Below are positions 29,941-39,940 of a stretch of 64,000 nucleotides of DNA, in pieces (within the stretch, counting starts at the first letter, position 1; each line of letters begins with the position of its first letter). The stretch is taken from positions 23,857 to 87,856 of the forward strand of contig JBDRZY010000003.1 of NCBI GenBank assembly GCA_039804205.1. The letters are read 5' to 3'. Both the position numbers and the translations under genes were made by a program. The stretch is from a candidate division WOR-3 bacterium. GTDB lineage: Bacteria > Hydrothermota > 32-111. The notes under the pieces were generated by a model. It was not told the DNA's origin. It did not search any database and saw nothing but the letters and a program-made list of their open reading frames with translations.

Positions 29941-31356
29941 ATGAAAAAAATTTTTTATCTTTTATTTCCCCTAATCACATTCGTTTTTGTTTTTCCACAA
30001 TGGAAAACACCGGTAAAAATATGGGAGTATGGACTCGCTTATTTTCAACCTAATGCTTCCCATCTTTTAGTAAAAGATACCCTTGGCAATTTACATCTTG
30101 GTTGGTACGATACTTCAAAAGATGTTTATTTTTGTATCAGAAAGTATAAATATGATGGAAACGAATGGCTGTATGATGGTATAGTTTATGATAAGCCGGA
30201 AAGTGGAACAGGATACTATCTTCTATCATGGATGCCAACACTGTCTGTTGATGAAGATGGTAGATTTTTGTTTCTCTGGGAAAGCAGACAGGATGGTAAC
30301 TTTAACATCTTTGGAAGATATTTTAATGGTGTTTTACTCTCTTCCATTTTTCAGGTGACAAATACAACTTCAAACTCATGGTATCCCAAATCCTTTTACA
30401 GAAACAAAAAACATCATTTTATCTATTGTGATGATTCAACAGGTGTGTTCAACATATACTATGGTTATTTTGATTCAACTATCCATACTCCTTCAAATAT
30501 AACGAACTCGGATAAAAGTTGTTTAAATTACGATTTTTATGTTTATCCAAATGAGGATATTTCACTTGTATACACTAAAATTAATAATGGATATCAAAAT
30601 ATTTTTAACAAAAGAAGAGTAAACAATCTATGGCAGAATGAAATTTCGATTTTTAGTTTAACAGCTGATATCTATTATCCCAACATAATTTCCGACGGTC
30701 AGAATGAATTTGTGGTTTTTACTATTTTGTTAAATGGATTGAGTCAACTTTATATTTCAAAATATTCGAATGGTATATGGTCAACACCTAAACTTTTGTC
30801 CGACGATAATTCGAATATCTATTATCCAACCGGTCTTATTTTGAACAACAAAATTCATCTGTTTTATGTTTCAGATAACTATTATTATGGAGAATTGTAT
30901 GAACTGGTTTATGACATATCAAATGAGGTTGTCGACAGCATAAAACTTATCGCTCGTCATGATACTTCTTATATTGCTACACCACAATGCATTCTGGATA
31001 AAGATGAAAACATTCATCTTGTTTATATACTTAACGATAAAACTCCCGCATCATCGTTCTGGCCTAACAACATTTACTGGACCTACTATACGGATTCCAA
31101 AAAATATTCTATGAATGAAGATTACAAAAAACCATACAAGTTGAGTAAAGAGAAAACAAAGATGGTTTTCGATTTTATAAATCAGGGAAATTACAGAATC
31201 TCTGTTTATGATGTATCCGGTAAAATGGTTGATAAATATTCAGTCTACTCGAAGAAGTTCATTTTAGATCAATCAAAATTTAAAACTGGAATTTATTTTT
31301 TAACTGTTGAAGAAGGTGAAAAAAGATGGAAAGAAAAGTTTTACAATTTAAAATAG
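29941..31356 (+). CDS. secreted beta-rich protein with C-terminal T9SS sorting domain
   Basis: ORF track 29905..31356. Start moved to ATG 29941 (MKKIFYLLFPLITFVFVF is a signal peptide). Repeated Y/W-rich strands suggest a propeller-like fold. The last ~65 aa (MVFDFINQGNYRISVYDVSGKMVDKYSV...GIYFLTVEE) match the T9SS CTD pattern. Confidence 0.6.
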   Translation: MKKIFYLLFPLITFVFVFPQWKTPVKIWEYGLAYFQPNASHLLVKDTLGNLHLGWYDTSKDVYFCIRKYKYDGNEWLYDGIVYDKPESGTGYYLLSWMPTLSVDEDGRFLFLWESRQDGNFNIFGRYFNGVLLSSIFQVTNTTSNSWYPKSFYRNKKHHFIYCDDSTGVFNIYYGYFDSTIHTPSNITNSDKSCLNYDFYVYPNEDISLVYTKINNGYQNIFNKRRVNNLWQNEISIFSLTADIYYPNIISDGQNEFVVFTILLNGLSQLYISKYSNGIWSTPKLLSDDNSNIYYPTGLILNNKIHLFYVSDNYYYGELYELVYDISNEVVDSIKLIARHDTSYIATPQCILDKDENIHLVYILNDKTPASSFWPNNIYWTYYTDSKKYSMNEDYKKPYKLSKEKTKMVFDFINQGNYRISVYDVSGKMVDKYSVYSKKFILDQSKFKTGIYFLTVEEGEKRWKEKFYNLK

Positions 31357-34300
31357 TTGTTCTTCTTTTTATCATATTAGGTTTTTCTCATTTATTTTCT
31401 TCATTTAATTATAGTTTTTCAGAAGAGAGTATAACCGTGAATTATTTTCCAAAAGAAAATGATTCTACAAAAGTTCTAATACTTCCACCTGTTGATTTTT
31501 CTTTAAATCTATATCCATCAAATTTAAAAGATATCGTTTTGGGAAAACCTTTCTTTTTTAAAGATTTTCAACTGCTTCCTTTAAAACCTTATAAAGAAAA
31601 ATATACTGTTACAGTTAGTTTCAAAAAAACAAAGAGTAGTGGAAAAATTATCTATCCTGATATAAAAACTGAAAAATTGTTAACATCTATAGCGATTAAT
31701 GGTAAAGATTTAAAAAATTTCATAAAGCCGAGGATAACAAAACAGGTTAAATCTTTAAGTTATGATGGAACACCTCTTGCAAAAATTAAAATAGGAGAAA
31801 ATGGACTCTACAGAATATACTATGATGATATCAAGAATAAAACTGGTATAGATCTCTCGACCTTTGATCCAAAAACTATAAAGGTTTACAACAGAAATAT
31901 TCAGATACCGATAAATATATATGGGACCAGTGATAATGTTTTTGGAGCAGGAGATTATTTTGAATTTTATGGTGAAAGAAAAAAAGGTGAGAACACTTAC
32001 TTTGATAAATTTCAACTCCAAAATGTATATGTTATAGTTGCTGGTGGAGGAAACGGGATAAGGTATGTTTTGGATAACCAGTTTATCGATGATTCTTTAA
32101 TAGATTCCACTATCAGTTCATATCTCTGTGAAGAACATATTGAAAATGATTCCTTTTATCAACCACTTGGGGGAAGAACAACAATTGATACATCCGACCT
32201 CTGGTTTATGTACTCAATAAATGAAACGACTCCTTATGAGAAGTACATAAATTTTTATGATTATGATACTCTTTATCAGAGTTTCAATTTTTCAGCATAT
32301 TTTCATGGATTTTCCTATAATCTTCTTTTGAATCCTGATCATGTTTTGGGTTTCTATATTAACGATTCTCTTGTTGATACTATAAAATGGGATGATCTTT
32401 CTCCATATAAATACTTAAAAAATTCTTTACAGTTTACAGGGGATTCTTGTAAGATTAAATTTCAACTCATAGGTGGTGACACGATAGGTGTTGGTCTAAA
32501 CTATTTTGAATATTCATACATGAGAAATCTTATTGTAAAAAATGGAAAACTTGACTTTAAAATCTCGAATCTGAATTTTGGTTCATACAAATTTCACATT
32601 AAAGGTCTCACTTCGACCGATATTAAAATATACAGGAAAGATTTGAAGAATATAACCAATTTCATAACGGTTTATGATCCAGTCCTTGGAAACTATGACC
32701 TTTATTTTACCGATCAGATTTTTACTTCTTCGGTTAACTATTCAGTGTATCAAAACACCTCTTTTCTTAAACCCGACACCATAGAGACCTTCAATTTCAA
32801 CAATCTCGATTCTCCGACAAATGCAGGAAATTATGTTATCATCGTTGATCAGAATCTGAAAGAAAAAGCGAAAGAATTCGCTGAACTTTTTTCATCGGAA
32901 AACAAAGTTTTTCTTGTTGGAACTGAAGAGATTTATGATGAGTTCAATTATGGAATGAGAGGTGTTAGGCCTATCAAAGATTTTTTGATCTCAGCATATA
33001 ATAACTGGAGTGTTCCACCAACACATGTTCTCCTTTTGGGTGATGGATCTTATGACAATAATAACCATTTAAAAATTTTTGATTACAGTATACCTGCAGC
33101 ATACTACTATGAAAATTCAGCATATTCAAGAGCTCTCATAGCATCTGACAACTATTATGCAACCATAGTGGGAGACGATCCTGTTGAGGATATATCGATT
33201 TCAAGGTTCCCTGTAAGAAACGAAAATGAAATTGATATCGCTATAGAAAAGGTTAAACATTATCTTGATTGGAAAAATTCAGGAATATTCAATCTAAAAT
33301 TTATATTTGCATACGATACAACCCCTCCTGGCGCTGGACTTCCTTCCTATGTTGATGCAAAGTACCAGTCACTCAAACTTGCATCGATGATGCCTGATTA
33401 TATTGGTGTTGATTTTATGGCCAATCTTTACGATAACAACGGTGATTTCATAAACCAGTTGAATTATGGAGCATCGATTTTGAACATATATGCCCATGGA
33501 GCTTCCCAATCTATAGGTAGTGGAGTTTATATCAGGTTAACCGATGTTTTGAGAATGAACAACATCAACAGGTTGCCTTTTGTGAAAGTTTATTCCTGTG
33601 ATACAGGTTATTATGATGAACTTTTGAGGGATCAACAGTCAATAGGGGAGGCATTCGTTCTCGCTCCTTTTGGTGGAGCGATTGCGTATTATGGATCAGC
33701 GACTGCAAGTACTGATAATCTTAACAACAGTTTGGGAGAATCAAATTTCAGACAGATCGCTTTCAATGGTATAAAAAACATTGGAGATATAATACTTTAT
33801 GGTGAGTTAAACTTTTTTATCAACAGCAGTGCTTTTGGTAGTTCAAATCTGGATGATCCTAATGTTTACGAGATAAAAAATTATGGGTTACTGGGAGTGA
33901 ATCTTCTGGATTTAAAGATACCTGATATCTCTGAAAAAACATGTTCACTTTCTTCTTATCAGATAGCACCCAAAGATACTCTTGTTGTTATACATTCAGA
34001 TTCGAATCTTAAGGATGGGTTCCTTGAGAGTGTTCTTATCGATACAGAGAGAAGAATGTTGATTTTTGATCATTCAAATCTTGTGAATGGCTATGGAGAA
34101 AATACTCTATATCTACCAGATTCTCTTCCCAATTCAACTATGGTTTTAGCAACAGTTGCTTTTACTGATGATACCTCAGTTCTTTATCTATCATATCCGA
34201 CTGTTGGAGGAGATGGTGTTAAAAGTTTTTCTATATCTCCTTCAAATCCTGATACCCTAACAGAAATCAGAATATATGCGAAGGTAGGTGGGAAAAACAT

Positions 34301-35831
34301 AAAAAATCTTTCAGCGAATTATAAATACCCAAATTCTACCTATTATTATACTGCAAATATGGTTCAGGATTCTGTTGATAGTTTACTTTTTTACACAAAT
34401 CTGTTACCACCGATAAAAGCAAAAAAAAGTTCGTACGATTATTTTTACTACTATATCTCTTATTCTGACTCAACAGAAAATATGAATTTTACAACTTTCA
34501 CAAAAAAGCTGTTGATTCCTCCTTATCCCGATGCGAAGGTTCTCCAAAAACCTTATCTGTCATTCAAAGATAAAAGTCCGGCAATAACAGTAAGAATTTC
34601 GAATGGTGGAGAAAGGGATATCAGTTCTATGCCAGTCCATTTTTATCATATAGATCAAAACGATGATACTCTTTTAATAGGGATTGATACTGTTTCGTTG
34701 AAAGGAGGAGAAACAAAAGAATCGAAGGTCAAAATTTCTAAAAATTATTTTGGAGAAAAAATCTATGTGTTTGCTGCAAAGGACACCTTAAGTTTCCCAG
34801 ACAGGAATTTTACGAACAACAGGGTAATTGAATCAGATTTTGATTACATTTACTCGTATATATATGGAAAACAGCCTTTTGATTCATCAATAACATATCA
34901 TTCCCTTTGTATTTTTAACAATGGACAGACAGACGATGATACGAATCTCATAATTGTTTCAAGGGACTCGTTAAAAAAGACAGATCAAAACATAGAAATA
35001 TTGAACATTGATAAACAACAGATGGATGTCTATAGAATAGATATTTTAAATCCTGATTATAGAAATGTTCTTTCACTTTATCCAGATTCAGAACTTCTCC
35101 CTGCGAATGTTTTAATGTACGATTCTCTTTCAAATAAGTTTGTTTTGAAGGGAGAGAAAAGAGAAGATACGATTCTTTTTGTATTTGAAAGGAATACTGA
35201 AAGATTTGTTATCGGGAGATGGAATGATACTGTTCCACCGGTTGTAAAAATCTTTGTCGAAAACAAAGAGGTCTACTATTCTACAATACTTGTTAACAAT
35301 ATAGATTTTGGAATTACCGTTGAGGATAATGAGGGAATCGACACCAGAAGTTTTTTGATTATGATGGATGATGATACTCTTTCTTCTGAAACTGATTATA
35401 AGGTTACAGAGGAAACAGTAAAAAAAACAATGCCAGTAAAAATTTCAAAATTTCTTGAAAATGGAGAACATACTCTTAAAGTTTACTGTAAAGATATTTA
35501 TGGAAATTCAACAGAAAAGGTGTTTGATTTTCAAGTTTCAAACCAGTTTAAGATCATCAATGTTGCAAATTTCCCGAACCCTGTTGTTGGGAAAAACACG
35601 AGGATAGTTTGTGAACTATCAAAAAATCCACAGTCAGCAATACTCAAAATATATAAATCAAGTGGTGAACATTTTAAAACTTATAATCTCTCATTTCTTA
35701 AAGATAGGTTTGTTTATGTTGATATCCAGATCGATGATTATAAAAATGGAACATATTTTTACTGTATAGAAGCAGAAAGTGATGGAGAAAGAGTGAAATC
35801 AAAAATCCAAAAGATGAGTGTAATAAGATGA
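31326..35831 (+). CDS. porU: PorU-like T9SS C-terminal signal peptidase candidate (peptidase C25/clan CD domain + own CTD)
   Basis: ORF track, 1,501 aa. Signal peptide present. The central region fits the C25/gingipain family (VIIVDQNLKEKAKEF...HVLLLGDGSYDNNNH...ISISRFPV). A His/Cys dyad is present (NIYAHGASQS ... VKVYSCDTGYYDE). The C-terminus FPNPVVGKNTRIVCEL...GTYFYCIEAESDGERVKSK has the T9SS CTD signature. The next gene is a FadL-like barrel, reproducing the porU-porV pairing. Confidence 0.55.
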   Translation: MERKVLQFKIVVLLFIILGFSHLFSSFNYSFSEESITVNYFPKENDSTKVLILPPVDFSLNLYPSNLKDIVLGKPFFFKDFQLLPLKPYKEKYTVTVSFKKTKSSGKIIYPDIKTEKLLTSIAINGKDLKNFIKPRITKQVKSLSYDGTPLAKIKIGENGLYRIYYDDIKNKTGIDLSTFDPKTIKVYNRNIQIPINIYGTSDNVFGAGDYFEFYGERKKGENTYFDKFQLQNVYVIVAGGGNGIRYVLDNQFIDDSLIDSTISSYLCEEHIENDSFYQPLGGRTTIDTSDLWFMYSINETTPYEKYINFYDYDTLYQSFNFSAYFHGFSYNLLLNPDHVLGFYINDSLVDTIKWDDLSPYKYLKNSLQFTGDSCKIKFQLIGGDTIGVGLNYFEYSYMRNLIVKNGKLDFKISNLNFGSYKFHIKGLTSTDIKIYRKDLKNITNFITVYDPVLGNYDLYFTDQIFTSSVNYSVYQNTSFLKPDTIETFNFNNLDSPTNAGNYVIIVDQNLKEKAKEFAELFSSENKVFLVGTEEIYDEFNYGMRGVRPIKDFLISAYNNWSVPPTHVLLLGDGSYDNNNHLKIFDYSIPAAYYYENSAYSRALIASDNYYATIVGDDPVEDISISRFPVRNENEIDIAIEKVKHYLDWKNSGIFNLKFIFAYDTTPPGAGLPSYVDAKYQSLKLASMMPDYIGVDFMANLYDNNGDFINQLNYGASILNIYAHGASQSIGSGVYIRLTDVLRMNNINRLPFVKVYSCDTGYYDELLRDQQSIGEAFVLAPFGGAIAYYGSATASTDNLNNSLGESNFRQIAFNGIKNIGDIILYGELNFFINSSAFGSSNLDDPNVYEIKNYGLLGVNLLDLKIPDISEKTCSLSSYQIAPKDTLVVIHSDSNLKDGFLESVLIDTERRMLIFDHSNLVNGYGENTLYLPDSLPNSTMVLATVAFTDDTSVLYLSYPTVGGDGVKSFSISPSNPDTLTEIRIYAKVGGKNIKNLSANYKYPNSTYYYTANMVQDSVDSLLFYTNLLPPIKAKKSSYDYFYYYISYSDSTENMNFTTFTKKLLIPPYPDAKVLQKPYLSFKDKSPAITVRISNGGERDISSMPVHFYHIDQNDDTLLIGIDTVSLKGGETKESKVKISKNYFGEKIYVFAAKDTLSFPDRNFTNNRVIESDFDYIYSYIYGKQPFDSSITYHSLCIFNNGQTDDDTNLIIVSRDSLKKTDQNIEILNIDKQQMDVYRIDILNPDYRNVLSLYPDSELLPANVLMYDSLSNKFVLKGEKREDTILFVFERNTERFVIGRWNDTVPPVVKIFVENKEVYYSTILVNNIDFGITVEDNEGIDTRSFLIMMDDDTLSSETDYKVTEETVKKTMPVKISKFLENGEHTLKVYCKDIYGNSTEKVFDFQVSNQFKIINVANFPNPVVGKNTRIVCELSKNPQSAILKIYKSSGEHFKTYNLSFLKDRFVYVDIQIDDYKNGTYFYCIEAESDGERVKSKIQKMSVIR

Positions 35832-36796
35832 GAAAAATTTTGATTTTTTTTATCATTTCTTTAAATTTAAAAATTTTTTCAAGTGATTTCCTATCCATTT
35901 TACCAACACCTGTTGGAGAAGGAGGTAAGGGTGCTGTTCTGACTTTCAGTTCTTCAAGGTTACCACTCTTTTACTTTAACCCTTCAAACTCTTCAAATAT
36001 GTTTGGTCAGCCAAGAAAAAGTTTTGTGCTTTTTTATGAACATAAATTTTTATTTTCTAATATATCAGATTATAACAACTTCTCGTTTCTGTTACCCGAA
36101 ATCAAAGGAGTGAATTTTGGTTTTCAAGTTTTAAACCAGAATATAAACGATATTCCGATCTATCCAGAATATTCTGATTCTGTTTCGTTTGTTCCCGAAG
36201 GATTTTTTTCAGATAACTGCTTTGCTGGAATTTTTAATTTTTCATACAGGACGAATGGACACAAAGATGAAAACTTTTATGAGTGGAGTTTTGGTGGAAA
36301 CATAAAATCGTTATATCAGAAATTGTATACGAATAGAGGTATAGGGTTTGGAATTGATCTTGGAATAACCGTTAAATTTTCATTTGATCATTTTAAATCG
36401 AAAATTCCTGGAATATTCTCCTTTTCATTCGTTTATAAAGATGTTGCAAAAACAAGAATTGTATGGGATACTGATTCCAACACTGTAAACTTGATAAAAG
36501 ACAGATTCTTTACAGCCCTATCCTATTCTATCGATATCCATAAAATAAAATCGAACATTTTTTCAGAAGTATCCTATGATCTTAATGATAAAAAACTCAT
36601 GACATCTTTGATTTATACCTATTCAAACATTATAGGTTTCAATATAGGTTACAACCAAAATCTTTTTGAAAGATCGGACATAAAAAATACTGGGTTCGGA
36701 GTATTTTTAAATATCTTGAATGGTTCAATTTATTATTCTCTATCAATATTTGAAATAGGTAACACGAACTCTATTGGAATCTCATATTTATTCTAA
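35828..36796 (+). CDS. porV: PorV/PorQ-family-like outer-membrane beta-barrel
   Basis: ORF track, 322 aa. Signal peptide present. Alternating-hydrophobic beta-strand pattern with a C-terminal aromatic (ISYLF). Sits immediately 3' of the porU-like gene with a 4-nt overlap. At 322 aa it is shorter than typical PorV, so PorQ-like is an alternative. Confidence 0.4.
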   Translation: MRKILIFFIISLNLKIFSSDFLSILPTPVGEGGKGAVLTFSSSRLPLFYFNPSNSSNMFGQPRKSFVLFYEHKFLFSNISDYNNFSFLLPEIKGVNFGFQVLNQNINDIPIYPEYSDSVSFVPEGFFSDNCFAGIFNFSYRTNGHKDENFYEWSFGGNIKSLYQKLYTNRGIGFGIDLGITVKFSFDHFKSKIPGIFSFSFVYKDVAKTRIVWDTDSNTVNLIKDRFFTALSYSIDIHKIKSNIFSEVSYDLNDKKLMTSLIYTYSNIIGFNIGYNQNLFERSDIKNTGFGVFLNILNGSIYYSLSIFEIGNTNSIGISYLF

Positions 36797-37740
36797 TGGA
36801 AATAAATGATATTTTGACTTTATCGGAAAATAAAAACTTTTTTGTAATATCAGGGAACTATTCTGAGGATATAAAAAGTATTATACAAAAGTTGAAAGAA
36901 AAATATATATCAACTGGTGCTGAGGATTTTGATTACTTCGAATTTTATATTGATGAGAATAACGAAGAAGAATTTTATAGTAAGATTTTAACACCTCCAT
37001 TTATCTCTGAAAAAAAAATTTTTGTCTTCAAAGATGGTTTAAAGATTTCTAAAAATTTTGCCGAAAGAATAGATGATTTAGCCTCTGGGCTTGAAAAAAA
37101 TATAATACTTATAATTCTTTGCATTGATGAAGAGGAACTTGCCCCATATGAGATAAAAAAAGTTTCTGAACAAAAATTCAAAAACGCACTTCATTTTTTT
37201 GTTGAGATGGATCCTCGCTTTCTTAAAAATATAAACATAAAACGAATAGTTGAGTTTGGAAAAGTTAGAGATATGGAAATAACTGATCTCATGGCACAAA
37301 AATTACTCGACTTTACTGATGGAAATATTTATTCTGTTTTTAACATAATCAACTCTTCATACATGAAAGGAGAAATTTTAACTTTAGATGATATTCAGAA
37401 ATTACAGGATAAAGTTGAATTTTACGATTCATACATTTTCGATTTTCTTAACAATCTATCGGAAAAAAGATTAAAGGAAACAATAATGTCGTATAGAAAA
37501 TGTCTTGAATGGAAACTTCTGACTAACGATGGACTTGTTATGATGCTTTTAAAACAATTCTCTGAAGCAAAAAAAAATGAAAAAAGCAAATTTAAAAATT
37601 GGGATGAAAAAGTGTTGAAAAAAAGTTTTGAAATAGTATATAATCTTTTAAGGGATCTAAGAAAATTCAATCAAAGGTATGGAACATTGTTAGTAGAAGA
37701 ATCTCTCATAAAAATAATAAAGGGGGAAGAATGGACTTAA
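36796..37740 (+). CDS. holA: DNA polymerase III delta subunit-like (HolA-like)
   Basis: ORF track, 314 aa. The N-terminal pattern FFVISGNYSEDIKSII...ILTPPFISEKKIFVFKDGLKIS fits the HolA N-terminal domain. Start overlaps the porV-like stop (TAATG). Confidence 0.4.
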   Translation: MEINDILTLSENKNFFVISGNYSEDIKSIIQKLKEKYISTGAEDFDYFEFYIDENNEEEFYSKILTPPFISEKKIFVFKDGLKISKNFAERIDDLASGLEKNIILIILCIDEEELAPYEIKKVSEQKFKNALHFFVEMDPRFLKNINIKRIVEFGKVRDMEITDLMAQKLLDFTDGNIYSVFNIINSSYMKGEILTLDDIQKLQDKVEFYDSYIFDFLNNLSEKRLKETIMSYRKCLEWKLLTNDGLVMMLLKQFSEAKKNEKSKFKNWDEKVLKKSFEIVYNLLRDLRKFNQRYGTLLVEESLIKIIKGEEWT

Positions 37741-38585
37741 AAAGTTTGATCTCAGAGAAAGAGGAACTTGAAAATAGAATGAAAAAACTTGAAGGAATGA
37801 AGGGACAGATAAAACTTGCGATCTATGAGAAGATCAAAAATGAATATGAAGAGAAATTGAAAAACATATTTGAACAGATTAAAAAGGATGCAGAATTTGT
37901 CAAAAGTGAGATAGAAAAGATAAATATAAATGAAAAAGAAATCAATGAAAAAATAAGCGGTTTAGAACTTGAAATAGAAGAATTAAATGTTAGAAGTATA
38001 CTTGGAGAGATTACATTAAAAGAGTTTGAAGAAAAAAAACAAATACTGGATAACAGAAAGAATGAATTAAATGATCAACTGAGAAAACTTCAGGAAGAGA
38101 AAAAGGAGTTAACCAAAATATTACCTGAAGAAAAAATGCCGATGGAACCTTCTCTGGAGCAGTTTAGAGAAAAAATAATTTATGAAAACAATCTGGTATA
38201 TCCTGAAAGTAAAATCGAAGCAAATTTTCCACCTATAGGAGAAAATATAAATGAAAATGTCCAACCGGAAGAACTGGACAGCAATTTATCTGAAAATATC
38301 AAATCTGCGATAGATAATATAATTCAACCTGACATTGTTAAAGAAGAAAAATTTTCTTTAGGGGAAGATCTCCCCAAAGAGGAAAAAATGGTTAAAGATA
38401 ATCCTCTTGAGATGAACAACAAAAAATATAAGAGTGAGGATGATCTTGTTTTTGAAAAAGATTTTGATGTCAACGTTAAGGAAGAAAACATTGAAACGAT
38501 TGAAGGTCTTGTATGTCCCAAATGTGGTCATATTAACAGATCAGATCTGTTTAACTGTGAGAAATGTGGAGCTGAACTTCTTTAA
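37731..38585 (+). CDS. coiled-coil protein with C-terminal zinc ribbon
   Basis: ORF track, 284 aa. About 140 aa of heptad-rich E/K sequence. Terminal CPKCGHINRSDLFNCEKCGAEL (CxxC-x11-CxxC). No TM segment. Confidence 0.5.
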   Translation: MDLKSLISEKEELENRMKKLEGMKGQIKLAIYEKIKNEYEEKLKNIFEQIKKDAEFVKSEIEKININEKEINEKISGLELEIEELNVRSILGEITLKEFEEKKQILDNRKNELNDQLRKLQEEKKELTKILPEEKMPMEPSLEQFREKIIYENNLVYPESKIEANFPPIGENINENVQPEELDSNLSENIKSAIDNIIQPDIVKEEKFSLGEDLPKEEKMVKDNPLEMNNKKYKSEDDLVFEKDFDVNVKEENIETIEGLVCPKCGHINRSDLFNCEKCGAELL

Positions 38586-39940
38586 TGGTGATTAGAAGTG
38601 TCACTTTTTATACCATATCAAATTACATAAATATTTTTTTATCGTTCATCCAGGGTTTTTTTCTTGTCAAAATGCTTTCACTCCAACAGATGGGAGAATT
38701 CAGTCAATTCAAAATTATCTTAAATTATCTTTTACTGTTCAATTTTGGTTTAACAAATTCTTTTCTTATCCTTCTTCCAAAAGTATCTGATAAAGAAAAA
38801 GAAATTTACAAAAATAAAATCTTTACAATAAATTCTTTAATTTTTCTTGTTATTTCTTTATTCCTGTCCCTTTTAGTTTTATTCCTTAAAAAAGAAATCT
38901 TTCTTTTTTTGTCCTTAACGCTCTTTTTTTATTCTGCAAAGGAGATACCCTTATACTATTTGAAATCCACAGGAGATTTTTCTAAATATTCAATAAATCT
39001 TGTTCTTTCACAGATCATACTTTTGGTTTTAACAATAGTTTTGACTTATTTTTTTGGTTTGAACGGAGCATACATTAGTTTTATTTTTTATTCCTTGTTA
39101 TCATTTGCTGTTGGTGTTATGTTTACAAAAGGTATTCGTTTTGAAACTTTCAATTTCGAGAATCTTTTGTTTTTTTTAAGAAAAGGATTTTCTATCTATT
39201 TCGTGGGACTTTTAAACCAGATAATCTCCAGTTTTGAAAGATTATTTTTAAGTTTTATTCTCATTAAAGAAACTTTTGCAATATATTCAACCGCAGTGTT
39301 TTTCCTTTCATTCGTTCAGATGTTACCTGTTTCGATAGTTCAATATTTTTTACCCGATTTTGTAAAAAATATAGATAAGTATTCTTGTAAAAGATTGAAT
39401 TTCTTTTTTATAACTATTTCGGTATTGACTTTTTTCTTTATAACCGTTTCATACGTTTTTTTGAAAATCGTTACAGGAAAGTTTTTAACGAATTATGTTG
39501 AATCGGTTAACATATTTTTAATACTTTCAATAACGATTTTTTTTGATATATTTTTTTACATAATGTTCAACAAACTCCTCTCAATAGAGAAGTTGAAATA
39601 CTATAACTACCTTCAAATCGCTGGTTCACTTTTGATTTTATCTGGTGTTTTAATTTTCTACATTTTTGAAAAAAAAATTGACATCGTTAAATTTTCATAT
39701 TATTTTTTAACTTTGAAAACTCTTTATTTTTTTATTTGGATACTTTTATCAAAATTTATTTTGAAAGCAAAAATTTTGAATTTGTTTTCTCTCGCTACCG
39801 TGCTGCTTTTTTCTTTGTTGATATTCTCATTTGAAAAATTGAATCTAAATCTTTTGATAGGTATAATCATTTTTATATGTTTTATATTTATTTTTGAGGG
39901 GAAAAAACTTGTATTATGGATGAGAAAAAATTTGAACTGA
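38585..39940 (+). CDS. Wzx-type polysaccharide flippase (polytopic membrane protein)
   Basis: ORF track, 451 aa with ~12 predicted TM helices. Lies in a glycosyltransferase operon. Start overlaps the preceding stop (TAATG). Confidence 0.6.
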   Translation: MVIRSVTFYTISNYINIFLSFIQGFFLVKMLSLQQMGEFSQFKIILNYLLLFNFGLTNSFLILLPKVSDKEKEIYKNKIFTINSLIFLVISLFLSLLVLFLKKEIFLFLSLTLFFYSAKEIPLYYLKSTGDFSKYSINLVLSQIILLVLTIVLTYFFGLNGAYISFIFYSLLSFAVGVMFTKGIRFETFNFENLLFFLRKGFSIYFVGLLNQIISSFERLFLSFILIKETFAIYSTAVFFLSFVQMLPVSIVQYFLPDFVKNIDKYSCKRLNFFFITISVLTFFFITVSYVFLKIVTGKFLTNYVESVNIFLILSITIFFDIFFYIMFNKLLSIEKLKYYNYLQIAGSLLILSGVLIFYIFEKKIDIVKFSYYFLTLKTLYFFIWILLSKFILKAKILNLFSLATVLLFSLLIFSFEKLNLNLLIGIIIFICFIFIFEGKKLVLWMRKNLN

